64,000 nt of DNA. Source: Antedon mediterranea (Eukaryota > Animalia > Echinodermata). The number at the start of each line of letters is the position of its first letter. Position 1 is the first letter of the stretch. The notes beneath the pieces were generated by a model that was not told the origin of the DNA, searched no databases, and saw nothing but the letters and a program-made list of their open reading frames with translations. The stretch lies in assembly GCF_964355755.1 (NCBI RefSeq), contig NC_092670.1, positions 37,436,388-37,500,387 on the forward strand, in the 5' to 3' direction. Below, in pieces: positions 47,201 to 60,055 of this stretch. The translations under genes and the position numbers were made by a program.

Positions 47201-50200
47201 TGTGGAAACGGGGTTTAACTGATTCCACTCGAGAAAAATTAACCAATAATTGTTATTATTAACACGATAATTGGGTATCTGGTTGTTTGGTAATGACTGA
47301 TCATGCCCACTTTATTGGTTAAAAAACTAACTGATAATTTGGTTTTGGCTGTGGAAACACGGCCTCATTCTCATATAAAGCTCTGTCTACACTATCAAAC
47401 TTTTTGTGACAAAATATGTGATGTGCCCATATAATGGACATGGTGACATCATATCAATACCATATTTGGACATATCACTACCATATTTGGGAACATCACA
47501 CTTTTTTTGTCAAACTAGTTTTATAGTGTAGACAGAACTTAAAAGATGATTGGAAAAGCCACCATCCAACTGAAAAAATAACGCCATGTTCAAAATGATA
47601 AATTGACGTGTATCGAACGATGCGTGTCAACTTCATTTATCATACACGTGGGAATTGCGTTGTCAGGTGCAGACATGCATACATGTGTTACCTTGTTCAG
47701 TAATTCATGTTTTGTTGATAAATTTAGAATCTAGATTAATGATATGTCTTCTTTTATGATAATTTGTTGGTTTACAGATATTTTTTTTTGACTGAGAGTG
47801 AGAGACGATGATAGTAATTTTACTGTAACTGCATGTTCATACTGTACATTTGAAAATATCAAATTAAAAATTTATAAACCAATTAATTCAGTACTGTTCT
47901 GAAGTAGGCAGACACGATGGCAAAGCTTTTGTTGAAATAGTGCTGTCTTTTACAGTACCTACAATATAGTACTGTAGTTTTCTCAACATTCCATGAAACA
48001 TAGAATTGTTCAGCATTACAGACAGCACAGTACCCTATGGTAATGTTCCATAAGTTGTTTGTGTGTGCTTTCTGGTTTAAGCAAGTACAATAAACAATTG
48101 TCTAGCATTTCTTGTATTTTGTTGTTCTATTGTTTTCTATTACACTGACAAAAAGTCACATTTTAAGTCATTTTATATAGTTTTCTTACCAAATAAGAAT
48201 GAATTAATTGAATAATAATGAATGTACATAAGATTTGGCTTTGTTTGTACACTGTTCACTAATATACTTTGGAAAAGAGGATTTAAAAGTGTGTTGTTTT
48301 AACATTCCACCAGCTGTCTCCTGTCTCATCCAAGCTAAGATGTACAGTACTGTACTATTCCCAAAGTACTGTATAGAATTATTCCATATTAATAATAGCA
48401 TTGAATAAAGAAATCGCTGTCAGTTAATGTACTATTGTACAGCTGAGCAGGTTGATAGCTTCTTTCATCAGTTATTGCTTGTGTACAGTTCCTGTGGGAA
48501 TCGCTACCGCCTTTAATCTTCCTGAAGATCAAGGTAAAGTTCGCACGACCTCATCTCATCTGGCGGTACGCATCCCTTTGGGTGAATTCTTCCATCTAAG
48601 GTGTACACAGTGGGATCTTATGAAATTCACAGTGGATTTTATATTACAACTATCTGTGTAGTGTATGTTCATTGTTGCTACTGTAGGAAGTTCACATGAC
48701 CTTTCTTGTTCAATAGTACGCATCCTTTTTGGGTAAATTCTCTTGTCTCAGGTGTGCACAGTAGGATCATCATGTATTTGATGTTAAAGAAGACTGTACA
48801 GAATTTATTGTTCACATGACCTTTCTTGTCCAATAGTACGCATCCCTTTTGGGTAAATTCTCTTGTGTCAGGTGTGCACAGTAGGATCATGTATTTGATG
48901 TTAATATTTAGAAGACGACTATACAGAATTGATTGTTCACATTAACCCTTTCTTATGGATCAGCAGCGGTGTATTTTTGGGTGCATACTCCTGTCTTAGG
49001 TGTATGGTATGCAGCATGGGATCATGTATGAAACTGTACAATGTACAGGTATATGAACAATAAATAGCAATTCACAGCGTTACAATTACAGTAGAATGTA
49101 ATCACTTGTAAAGACTTCCTTCTCAATAGGGGTTATAAATGCACCTCCTGTACCCCTGCTGTTGCCTTCCTCTTTTTAAGTCAAAGGTCCTGGGAATACA
49201 GTGAGTTCCTTCCTGTAATACTGTACTGTATTTTCTCTATTTGAAATGGGAAAATCTAATTGTGAATAAAAAAAAAAGGATAATTATTAGTTTAGATAAA
49301 AAACAAAAGATGGAAACTAAGTTTTAAAGTGGAGAATTTCTTGATAAAATTTTTTTTAAAATTTTTTAGTTTTTCTATCTAGTAAAATACCCCTATTTTC
49401 TACATAGTATGTTTTTTTTTACTGTATTATTCTTATCCATTTAATTCAGCTGCTACTGTACTGGCATATTTAAACCAGATTTGTGTTATTGTTGGAATAA
49501 TTAAACTTTAGTAAAACACACATGTTGCCTGTTTTGTGTTCTCAGCAGTCTTTGTACACCCCTCCAACCAACAGCCAACTTATATCAGTTACAAAAACAG
49601 TTAATTAATTATTGTTAATTAGGCTAATTGAAGTAATATCTTTTCCATCTGCTGATCAACAGTTTATTTTACAGTTCAGGTTTCACAACAATGTATATTG
49701 TTTCGTAACATTTTGTCATCTATGTACAGTAAGCATATTACAGTATTAAAGAAAATGTGATTGTTTAATTTTAGTCGCTTTGAAACGATTTGTGTAATCA
49801 AGCAGCAGCTCCTTTTTATCCGTTCTTTTCTTTACGTTTCTTCATCATTGCTTAATTTCAATGATATATTTGTTCTCTATGACAGGTTGCACTTCATTAA
49901 AAGGTCAGACACCCTTTGGAAAAATACAAAATGTTTGTATTTGTGTAAGATTTTGAATTAAAAGAGTTTGCACTATAAAATAAAGTTAAGCCACTGTCAC
50001 ACACAGACATTTACCATTAACTCATCAAGAGGGCCCCTTGATTGTCAGCATACGCTGTTTAGGGTCTCTCTCCCTCTACAAAGGTGAAATAAAATAAATA
50101 AAAAAATGAGAAAAACCTGCATATTGGTAAACTGAGTTTGTGTGATTTTCAAAAAATTTACATTTACATGACAAACTGGCTTCCTTATGCAAAAAGTTCA

Positions 50201-53200
50201 ATCCAAGGTTGAAATAAATTAATAAAATCCTTCCTTAAAGAAGTAGACTTCATTTGAGAGTCTGACACTTGAAGAGTTGACCATGGAATACTGTATTATC
50301 TGTCAATGTGTTTAGTGTTTATGTAATCTTAAACATGTCCAGAATACATCTGAACATGCTCAATAGGATCTTTTACATCCTGTATGATTAAACGTTAAAG
50401 ATCCAATTACCTACAATAATATGACTTTATGGTAAAGTTGGTTTTGTAATGATTACACAAAATTATGATTTTTAAGTGCTAATTATATAGTATAGTAAAC
50501 CACAAATTGTTGTTGATTTTGCCATCTTGACCACCAATGACACACGGTCTTTATAGAGTAAAATAGTGGTTACTGTTGCTGCAGTACCAGCTGGAACTGA
50601 GATTTGTTCAGCTGAAAAGTACAGAAGGCTAGCAGATGTCTGGGCTCATTGTACTCTTCACAGTATTACCACCAGTAACATAACACAGATGTACCCCCAA
50701 TTGTGACCCACCCTAACGTCCTACCATAAACCATGGATCCATGCATAAACCCATCAACCTTGTGAAGTATCTTCAACGTGTCAATGTGTAGATAACATGA
50801 ATGTTTGTCTAAAAGCTCTGTGTACAGTATCAAACTAGTTTGACAAAAAAAAGTGTGATGTGCCCAGATATGGTAGTAATATGCCCAAATATTGTAGTGA
50901 TATGACATCATCATGTCCATATATGGGCACATCACATTTTGTTGTCACATAAAGTTTGATAGTGTAGACAGGGCTTAATATTTTTAATTTGCATTATTGT
51001 ATGTCATGTACTGTATAAAACCCAAATTTGGTGGTGGTGGCCCCTTCCTCTAATACCAGTAATTTCCAATTTTCTGAATAAACAACATTACTGTATTTGT
51101 TGTGTTTATACTATTATTATAGTAGAGACAACTATTTTTTAATTTACTTTATAAATTGAAACCAAAAGAGTATGGATTACTGTAGTTTCTTAATCATTTA
51201 ATTTATTTAATGGATGTTTTATTGAGTAACGACATTAAAGAATATTTAATTTAATTATTAACCACTTCTAACTACTTTTCTAAGTTATAACATTCTTTAT
51301 TTCATTTTCTAAAGTAATAGTATACCACTACAGTAAATCAACTACAGTATGTACTGTACTTTAGTCCAGTCAATCCAGCAAATATAAGGGGGTGACCCAC
51401 CACTAATTGCAAAAGAATTTATTTCACTGCAGTGCATTTCAGCATGGCTCCCTAATCAACATACTAAAAGTCCCCAAAAATCTAAGCATGGGAAATTTGC
51501 TAATTTGCATAATATGCAAATTAGCTTCCGCCATTAGAAAAAAATCAAAATATTGCCATAACTTTGAATTGGACTGTCCAATTGAAACAATTTAAGTGTT
51601 CAAAGGTATGTTGTCATGGTCAGTGAATAAGATAAACATACTTTTAAATTAATTATTTGATTCTAATTTGCATAATATGCAAATTAGTTATTGAAATTGT
51701 GTAAAACAGATCAGAATTATGCTAAAACTTTAGTTTGGATGGTCTGATTTAAACAATTAAATGTTCAGAAGTATTAATGACCAATTACCATGATAGCCAT
51801 ACTTTTATTTCAATTCAGTATAATGCATATAATTTACATAATATGCAAATTAGCTCATAAATAGAAGTACCTTTATTCTGGGTATAAACATTAGACTGGA
51901 AGCACCTAACTAAATAAGCAAGAAGTACCGACCGGTAAGGTTTTGGCAGAAAATATAAATGAACTAGAAGTCATATATCAGAAAGTCAGCAAAAGTATTC
52001 ATAATATATAAACAAGACAGTCATACCCTTAATCAAATTACAGTTTATGAATATTTACAAAATATGCAAATTACCAATAGACTGGATACACAAATACACA
52101 ACAAACAAGTGGGGTTTTCCTAGATTGGGACTCATTGCCACTTTTACACCAGAAAAATGTCTACATAAACCTGTACCTAGAATGTCAGTTACAACATCAT
52201 CAAAGTAGGCAGGATTAACATCAAAACTTTCAAATCCCAGCACACAGGACTTCAATCAATGGAAGTGTATGATTCAACGTATCATGTTGATCTTCTGTGG
52301 GACGTGGTATTTGCTCTTCGCCCCAAAATGCCTGGGTGGTCAGGTCTAATGCAGGCCGTAAATCATGGTAATTATCCTGGAAAATCATTGATGCGATTCC
52401 TGCTCATGATAGATTTAAATCCATCTGACATGTCATGTATCTTCTCCACACTCTCGTATGTTTGTGAACAAGCTAAGGCATACAATGTCACACTCGTTAT
52501 TACATTTGATCAGACAACCACTTTGGTGGAAAGCCATGATGATCATCGAATCAGAGCCAGATTGCAGTTATCTGAAGTCTATTGTCCTGAGACTAGGGGG
52601 CTTACATATGGAAATGAGCTTCTTGGGCTGCATTGGTTATATTATGGCAGGAAGTGGTTTACAAGTGATCAGTAGCATATGCAGGAAATGCCGTCAAGCA
52701 TATGCTGAGTGGAAAAGCAATCTCCAGAGCAGTCCGAGGACATCTCTTGGTTGATGCTGCCTTACATACCATATTACTAGCTAATGCATATAATCTTCCT
52801 ATATCCCCTTTTCAACCTGATCAACTACAACACAATCGAGACACGGAAACAACCTGTGAGAACGATCAAACAACAGAACATTCAGAAGAAATGGAAATAG
52901 AAGTTGATGGTGACATTATTCCAAACACACGGCCAGATCAAGATTTGCTCGAAGCCAGTAAGATTTTGGATAATCTACTAAATGATCCCGACGCTCATAT
53001 TGACCTTTCCTCTTCAGATGTCCTTACAAGAATTACTCATAGATTGAAAGACGAGCGGAACTTACTTAGTGATAAAAGGACTGCCCAACTCTGGTTGCAA
53101 TATTTGGACATGGTTGCTGTTTTAAAAAAATTCATAAAAGCTGAACGTGAGAATTGGACTTTACATCTTTCAGCAGTAAAGGATATGTTACCTTTTTCTG

Positions 53201-56200
53201 CTGCGGCTGGGCATAACCTGTACACAAAATCTGCGTATCTGTACTTGCAAAAAATGTACCAACTCGAAAAGACTCACCCCAATGTCTACACCAACTTCAT
53301 AAATGGTTTTCATGTGATTAGAAGAAGTGATCGGTACTGGGCAGGACTATCTACCGATCTTATTATTGAGCAAGTCCTAATGAGAAGTGTCAAAACAAGT
53401 GGTGGGTTAACGAGAGGTAGAGGCATGACAGAAGTTCATCGGTTGACCTGGGTACTGGGAATGCCTTCTTGTGCCGAGGTAAACTTTGCAATGCAAGAGC
53501 TCACCAGTGTTAACTACAACACTAGGGAGCAACACAAAGACACATCACAATCTCGTCAAAAAAGAGACACAGAAGATACTTATAAACTAATCGAAGCATT
53601 CAAGGAGTGGGATCCATTTGGTAGTGAGTCATCACTGCGTAGCATAGTAAGTGGTGTTGCTGCTACTGACAATGTAAATGTTGACCAGGCAAGGTCTGTG
53701 GGCCAGCGTATACTTGAATCGATGGTTGGAAAGAACATTGATGAGTTCTCTTTCCAAAGAAAAAAAAACAAGCAGTCACACTTGGATCCAAAACAGCTGT
53801 TGTCATTTGCGGAGATCCAGTCCAAGTTGATCCACAATTACTCTTTCAGCGATTAAGTGTTATCGCAACACATGAAGAGGTGGGAGATCCCGCAAATTTA
53901 TTTAAATATGAATTTTGCAGTCATCCAACTGCATTATTCGATAATGTTGGGCTTCCAAGGGAGGCAAATAAGGCGACACTAGCCGATGCCCTTTGGGAGA
54001 TTGTAAAGCAGGATCAGACAGACCCCCCCCCCCCTCCCCTTAATGATCCACATTATGTGCTTGATTGTGGTGCCCTCTTGCAACGTTTATCATGGTCAAG
54101 AGGTCAAACATTTGACACTATTTGTCATAAATATGTATCATATGTGACAAGTCGGTATGGAATTCCAACTATTGTATTTGATGGTTATGAAGATGGACCT
54201 GCAAGATGCTACATGTGAGTTTTACTGCTTAGTTTGATTGAATTGCAGCATTTTATGCACATTTATAAAGAAAATAGATTAATTCATCATGAAAAAAGGC
54301 TAATTTGCATATTATGCAAATTAGACAAATTTCCAATGTTGGGATTTTGGGGGACTTTTAGTATAGTGTTTAGGGGACCATACTAAAATGTATTGTAGTA
54401 AAAAAAATTCTTTTGCAATTAGTGGTGGGTGAAGGTACTATTTTGACTGGACTATTCCTGAGACCACGGAACTGAAACTCACAGACTTATTCTTCACTCC
54501 ATGCTCAGACCTGAGCATAAATCAACTACAGTATGTACTGTACTTCCTGAGACCAGGGAACTGAAACTCACAGACTTATTCTTCACTCCATGCTCAGACC
54601 TGAGCATAAATCAACTACAGTATGTACTGTACTTCCTGAGACCAGGGAACTGAAACTCACAGACTTATTCTTCACTCCATGCTCAGACCTGAGCATAAAT
54701 CAACTACAGTATGTACTGTACTTCCTGAGACCAGGGAACTGAAACTCACAGACTTATTCTTCACTCCATGCTTAGACCTGAGCATAAATCAACTACAGTA
54801 TGTACTGTACTTCCTGAGACCAGGGAACTGAAACTCACAGACTTATTCTTCACTCCATGCTCAGACCTGAGCATAGATCAACTACAGTATGTACTGTACT
54901 TCCTGAGACCAGGGAACTGAAACTCGCAGACTTATTCTTCACTCCATGCTCAGACCTGAGCATAAATCAACTACAGTATGTACTGTACTTCCTGAGACCA
55001 GGGAACTGAAACTCACAGACTTATTCTTCACTCCATGCTCAGACCTGAGCATAAATCAACTACAGTATGTACTGTACTTCCTGAGACCAGGGAACTGAAA
55101 CTCACAGACTTATTCTTCACTCCATGCTCAGACCTGAGCATTGTCCATATTTCCCCCCCCCCCCCCCACTGTATGTTTGAATGGCAAACCAACTGAGCTG
55201 TGAAAACAATGCACAGTGCTACCATTTGAATACAATCATTCAGACACCAACTCTTTATGTTGTTACTATAACCATGGAGAAATCCTAACTGATTTCTCCA
55301 TGCCATAACTGACTTAAATCTACTTATCATACTTTAACAGTGGGAAGTAACACAGCAAAGGAATATACTTTTTGTAACTATCTGGTGAAGCAGGCAACAT
55401 CAAAGTATGGTATTTCAAAGAGAATTTGGTGTTCGCACGTGGCATCTATCCGGTGTATATTTCTGGTGTTCGCACGTGGCATCTATCCGGTGTATATTTC
55501 TGGTGTTCGCACGTGGCATCTATCCGTTGTATATTTCTGGTGTTCGCACGTGGCATCTATCCGGTGTATATTTCTGGTGTTCACACGTGGCATCTATCCG
55601 GTGTATATTTCTGGTGTTCGCACGTGGCATCTATCCGGTGTATATTTCTGGTGTTCAGACGTGGCATCTATCCGGTGTATATTTCTGTTACTTTTGTTTT
55701 GAATGCTATTTTCACAATACTTGGTGTCTATTGTGCTTAAGTTAAAGTTACTAGGGAAGAGAAAGAGATGGAATTTTAAAATAGTTTAGAATTAATAAAC
55801 TTTAATTATATGAATAGACTTTGTTGAAAGTTTAACTTAAAAAAGATTAAATAAAAGAAAAAGTATAAAGTAGAAAAGAAGAAGAAGAAAGTAAAAAAGT
55901 ATTTGGAAAACATTTCAATATAATTCAGCATTAATCGATTTTGCTGGCCGTATGAAATGCATGGAATGAATGTTTTATTAAGTCATTAATATAATATTTT
56001 TAGTGGCTTTGTTAAGTAGTTTGAACTGAACTATTAGTAAAACACAAATAGAAAAGGAAAATTCAAGTTATCAAACATTTATTGTAGTATAAAATAATAT
56101 ATTCAATCATAAATTAATATAAATTTTGATTATTTTTTTTATAAGTCATAAAATAAATACTAACTGTAAGCACATGATTATGATGAGATATTAGATTTGG

Positions 56201-59200
56201 ATTGGCAAACGACGGAAGTGGCTAATAAAGGCCCCTTATCTCCCGTCAAGTGCCGATTTATTGTCTCCACTCAATCAAGTAGGAAATGAAATCGGAATAC
56301 ATTTGTCACAGTCCAAAAAGAGATAATAATCAATTTCACACGTTAAACGTATGCATGACTATTTCAGTGAAATTTAACAATTATATGTAGTTTCTATATA
56401 AGCATCTTACTGCACAATACTCAATATTTAATCTTAAAAAAGTTCAAAAATTATTTAGAATAATCTCTTATACAGAGTAATTCTGTAAAATGATGTACTG
56501 TGCTGCTCTCAAGTTATGTACATTTTTATGGTGTAAAATGAGAAAAATGGTTTATTTTCTCTGCATTTATGGAAATTAGAATTCAGGTGATTCAGTAGCA
56601 TCCTTCCAGAAACTTGATGGAACTATCTACTAATTTTTTCCTAGAGAAAGTGGAAAATGGGGACACTAGAGTATAGTAACCAATACACTACCTTGGAAAT
56701 AATTCAGAAATTAGGCACTGACCATCTTAAAACTGAGTTACATTATTACAATCTTTGATAACAACAATGTTTTAATATTGTATTTTCTATCTATAGAGGT
56801 CGCTTTGCTGTGGTGCGTAAATTTCAACACAAGAAGACCCAGAAATACTACGCGGCTAAGTTTATCCGAAAGAGGAAGAAAGGCAAGGATTGCAGAGGTG
56901 ACATCATCAAGGAGATTCAGATTCTAGAACTGACCAATGACCATCCTCGACTCATTGACCTTTTTGAAGTTTACGAGACGCAACATGAGGTCATTCTTGT
57001 CTTGGAATAGTAAGTGTCTTCATCTTTTAAGCCCTCTTATAAACCTCGTTTAAAGCCACCTACAATTTAGAGTAAAGTACAGTCGGTATGATGAGTTCAT
57101 GGTACATCCATGTAAACAACAGTTAAGACTAGAGCTGTTTATCACCACTACTGTATGTCAAAATAATTTTGTTCTGCTTGTTTGTATTTTCTATTATGAA
57201 TCAAAATGCAAGTTATTGTTAATAATTTCTGCGAAATTTTTCATATTTTATTCCAATTGTTTAAAATCCTTTGAATCAAATCTCTTTGAAGTTGTTATGA
57301 AAAGCCGCAACATTTACTCGGTAAAACAGGTTCTCACTCTGTTCCACTTTACTTATTTAATAACATACCTAGTTTGAACAAGGGTCTGCTTATCTTAATA
57401 AATATCAATCCTTCCGATTTGTTAACATTTACCGCTTTATTTATTGTGACTGGATTATGTAAGTACATCCTATCTGACACGCAACAAAAACAGAAAATTG
57501 TCATAGGCCCTGTTTCTGCTGCATATCATCAATATACAATATTGCTATTGTTTTTATTGATTTTCTACATCTTGATAAATATACGGTATAAGCCTATATA
57601 TAATTTTATTTAAAAATTTAAAGATGCCGTAACAATATGGTATAGGCTTATATAATGCAATAAAATAATATAACAGTACCGTAATAATAACAGTATAATT
57701 TGATGACCCATTTCTGCTGAAATTACATTGTGGGAGGACTATTATAAAAATATGATTTACTATATTAGTATTAAGTACTACAAAATTTTTAATATGTTCT
57801 TTTGTTACTACAGTAGTTCTTTATTCAATGCTGAACATTGCAGGCCAATGGAGGTGTCTCATAGAGCCTGTTTCTGCTGAGCAGGAATAATTGTTTATTA
57901 ACCGATATTTTTTTAATAAAGTATTTTTGGGCAGCAGAAACAGCGCAAAATGAAATAACCGATAACATAATAACCGATTAAAAACACTTCCATAATTTGA
58001 ACTGCATTGTGAGTAATGATGGCGTGATTTTTTAAAATCGCAAGTACCAATACCAGATAACCGATTAACGTCGGAGAAAATTGTAATTGCAACACGGGAA
58101 ATTCTGGGGTTTCTGGTACTTAGGAAATTTTTTCAGCAGAAACAGGCCCATACTCATCTTACTTTTAAAACACTGCTGCATCGACCTAATTTCACTAGTA
58201 ATAATTCAGTATTTTATATTGTAATAATCATGCTTTAACAAATATACAGTATAAATTTCACAATAAACAATAGATTAACCCAGATACACAAAGGATAATA
58301 AAATTGAGCTGCAGTGTTTGAAATCTTGATTTTTGTTAATTTCTGACAAAGGACAGAGTTCTATTGTTTTCAAAGGATTACAGTGTTCAAGTCATCTCCT
58401 AACATAGGAACGTTTTAAATTATTACAAATTCAGTACATCTGAATAAGTCTATCACACAGATTGTTATTCATTTAAATGCTTCTTGAAGTTTTTTTTTTA
58501 AATCACAGTTAACCAGGTCACTCTTCCCTGGTTAAACTTAAAATATTAACAATAACAGATTTGTTCAATTTTGTTTTATACGATAACTTGGAATGAATGG
58601 ATAAACAATATTAAATAAACTTGATGCTAGTATTGCTAAATTTTGTTTATACAATAACTTCCTTCAAATGAATGGATATAAACAATATTAAATAAACTTG
58701 ATTCTAGTATTACTGTTGCTTATCAGCCCTTTATGTCTCAGAAATAATATTAGTTATTTTATTTTTCCATTATATCGGTTAAATCACAATAGTCAAATAG
58801 TCATTTTCATCACCAAATCTTTCACATGTTAGTTTCATGAGATATTCAAAGGCAGTCAAATCATTATTATAAATCAGTGTTTCATTCTGTTAAACCATTC
58901 GCCAGGTAAATTTAGAAATCGCATTAATCATGCATATGTTGTGCAATGATGGCTACGCAACCAATAATAACACGTAATCTTGTTTACGGCAATATCCATG
59001 GCACTGTGAGTTAGCGGATTAGTACTCACTTTGATGCACGGTCACTATAGTACAAATCGTGGCAGTGTCTAGTTTCTCCTTGTTCATCGTATACAAGTTG
59101 TGCATCAAAAACTATTTTTAAAGCAATAAAATTATTCACAGGAAACAACATTTACAGTGTTTTATTATTATCTACATATTATTAGTACTTAAATTTTATA

Positions 59201-60055
59201 CAGTCAACTCTCCCAATACCAGACACCTTTAGGCTGGCTAAATATGTCTGTTTTTCAGGAACGTCGCGCTATTTGTTTATAATGATAAAAGAAATTTGTT
59301 GACCATTTATAATTCGAGAAAAGTCTAGTTTTGGGAGAGTTTTCGATTTTCGGAGAGTCCGGTATTGAGAGAGTCAACTGTACTATATTTTATATCCTTT
59401 CCTTGGCCCTGCATTGAACTGAACCAACTGTCACTAGACAGACGCCAATAGACACACAGTGATGCATCCTACGTGGTGACAAAAAGTACTCTTTTTATTC
59501 TTGTTTTATAGTAGTTTTATCCGTTACCTTCCCTTAAGGTGTTTCCTTTCAGCTTTCAATCTTTTGTTCAATTGATCTACCTTTGTATACTTTCTGCATC
59601 CTTGATTTTTACATCTAGAAACAATTATGAAACTTTGAACTTTGTCTGGTACTTTTTATTGGTTCGGATGTATACAGATTTTACTGATTTTTATTGAAAT
59701 TTTTTCTAAAATGTTCATGAATAATTGTCTTCCCTAAATAAGGGAGAGAATCCCCTGAATTGGCGTGTCAGAAAGGAGGAATTCTACTGTAGGTTAAAAA
59801 ACAATCATCACACTTCTAGTTAAAATTATCAAAATATTATGTGTTCTTGTGATGGATGAAGATTAACACACCATCATAATTTACTTTACACTTGTATCTA
59901 CTTTTCTTAGTGCCCGTGGTGGAGAGATTCACCCATATTGTGTTGCTGAGAAGGGAGAAGCATTTACTGAAAACGAAGTACGTCGTCTAGTCAGACAGGT
60001 GCTTGAGGGCGTTCAATTCTTGCACGACCAGAATATAGTTCATCTTGATCTTAAG
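44234..60055 (+). CDS. STK17A: DRAK / serine-threonine kinase 17 (STK17A/B co-orthologue), first three coding exons; continues beyond the window
   Basis: Exons 44234-44325 ([31 protein letters not shown]; in-frame TGA upstream), 56797-57009 (GRFAVVRK...[22 protein letters not shown]...VILVLEY) and 59911-60055 (ARGGEI...NIVHLDLK). Phases are consistent, and the basic loop RKRKKG.DCR and HLDLK are DRAK signatures. Confidence 0.9.
45058..45245. mobile_element. MITE family A, full length
   Basis: TAA|agctctgtctacactatcaaact ... cacagagct|TAA. Confidence 0.85.
45690..45871. mobile_element. MITE family A
   Basis: Internal subrepeats and right TIR agtttgatagtgtagacagagct|TAA. Confidence 0.8.
46200..46512 (+). 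mobile_element. tRNA-derived SINE with L2-like tail
   Basis: A box tgtggcgcagtg, B box gggttcgaatc, tgtatccttaggcaag core, and cagcgcttagag...tataaat...(tta)n tail. Confidence 0.65.
47379..47539. mobile_element. MITE family A, full length
   Basis: TAA|agctctgtctacactatcaaac ... atagtgtagacagaact|TAA. Confidence 0.85.
48690..49030. repeat. ~120-bp tandem repeat, 2 good copies plus degenerate ones
   Basis: gttcacatgacctttcttgt.caatagtacgcatcc.ttttgggtaaattctcttgt.tcaggtgtgcacagtaggatcat at 48690 and 48810; weaker copies at ~48540 and ~48935. Confidence 0.85.
50814..50975. mobile_element. MITE family A, full length
   Basis: agctctgtgtacagtatcaaact ... agtttgatagtgtagacagggct|TAA. Confidence 0.85.
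51362..54454 (+). mobile_element. Academ-like (AcademX) DNA transposon, internally deleted and frameshifted
   Basis: Perfect 12-bp termini TAGTCCAGTCAA / TTGACTGGACTA within ~170-bp imperfect TIRs. Broken ORFs 52259-54218 contain [61 protein letters not shown], then the PIN/XPG-like VLD.GALLQ and IVFDGY. Apparent 2-bp TT duplication. Confidence 0.75.
52259..54218 (+). pseudogene. Transposase pseudogene of the Academ-like element
   Basis: Four overlapping or adjacent ORF fragments (52259-52675, 52458-52754, 52702-53856, 53880-54218) linked by frameshifts and truncated after IVFDGY. Confidence 0.8.
54455..55140. repeat. 89-bp tandem array (7.7 units here; the missing start of unit 1 lies at 51334-51361)
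   Basis: ttcctgagaccagggaactgaaactcacagacttattcttcactccatgctcagacctgagcataaatcaactacagtatgtactgtac starts at 54455, 54544, 54633, 54722, 54811, 54900, 54989 and 55078. Confidence 0.97.
55427..55685. repeat. 37-bp minisatellite, 7 copies, E-box containing
   Basis: Unit tggtgttcgcacgtggcatctatccggtgtatatttc. Confidence 0.97.
57505..58150. mobile_element. MITE-like element(s) with cctgtttctgctg / cagcagaaacaggcc termini
   Basis: TIR-like motifs at ~57506, ~57866 and, inverted, at ~58134-58149; internal (t)aaccgat repeats. Confidence 0.55.
59201..59380. mobile_element. Tc1/mariner (pogo-like) MITE
   Basis: TA|cagtcaactctcccaatacc ... ggtattgagagagtcaactg|TA. Confidence 0.8.

Noticed and set aside
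54455-55685. CRISPR-like appearance of the regular arrays
   Set aside because: Units are contiguous and near-identical with no unique spacers, there are no cas genes, and the context is a eukaryotic intron.
55340-55745. Repetitive ORFs in three frames
   Set aside because: Artefacts of a stop-free 37-bp minisatellite.
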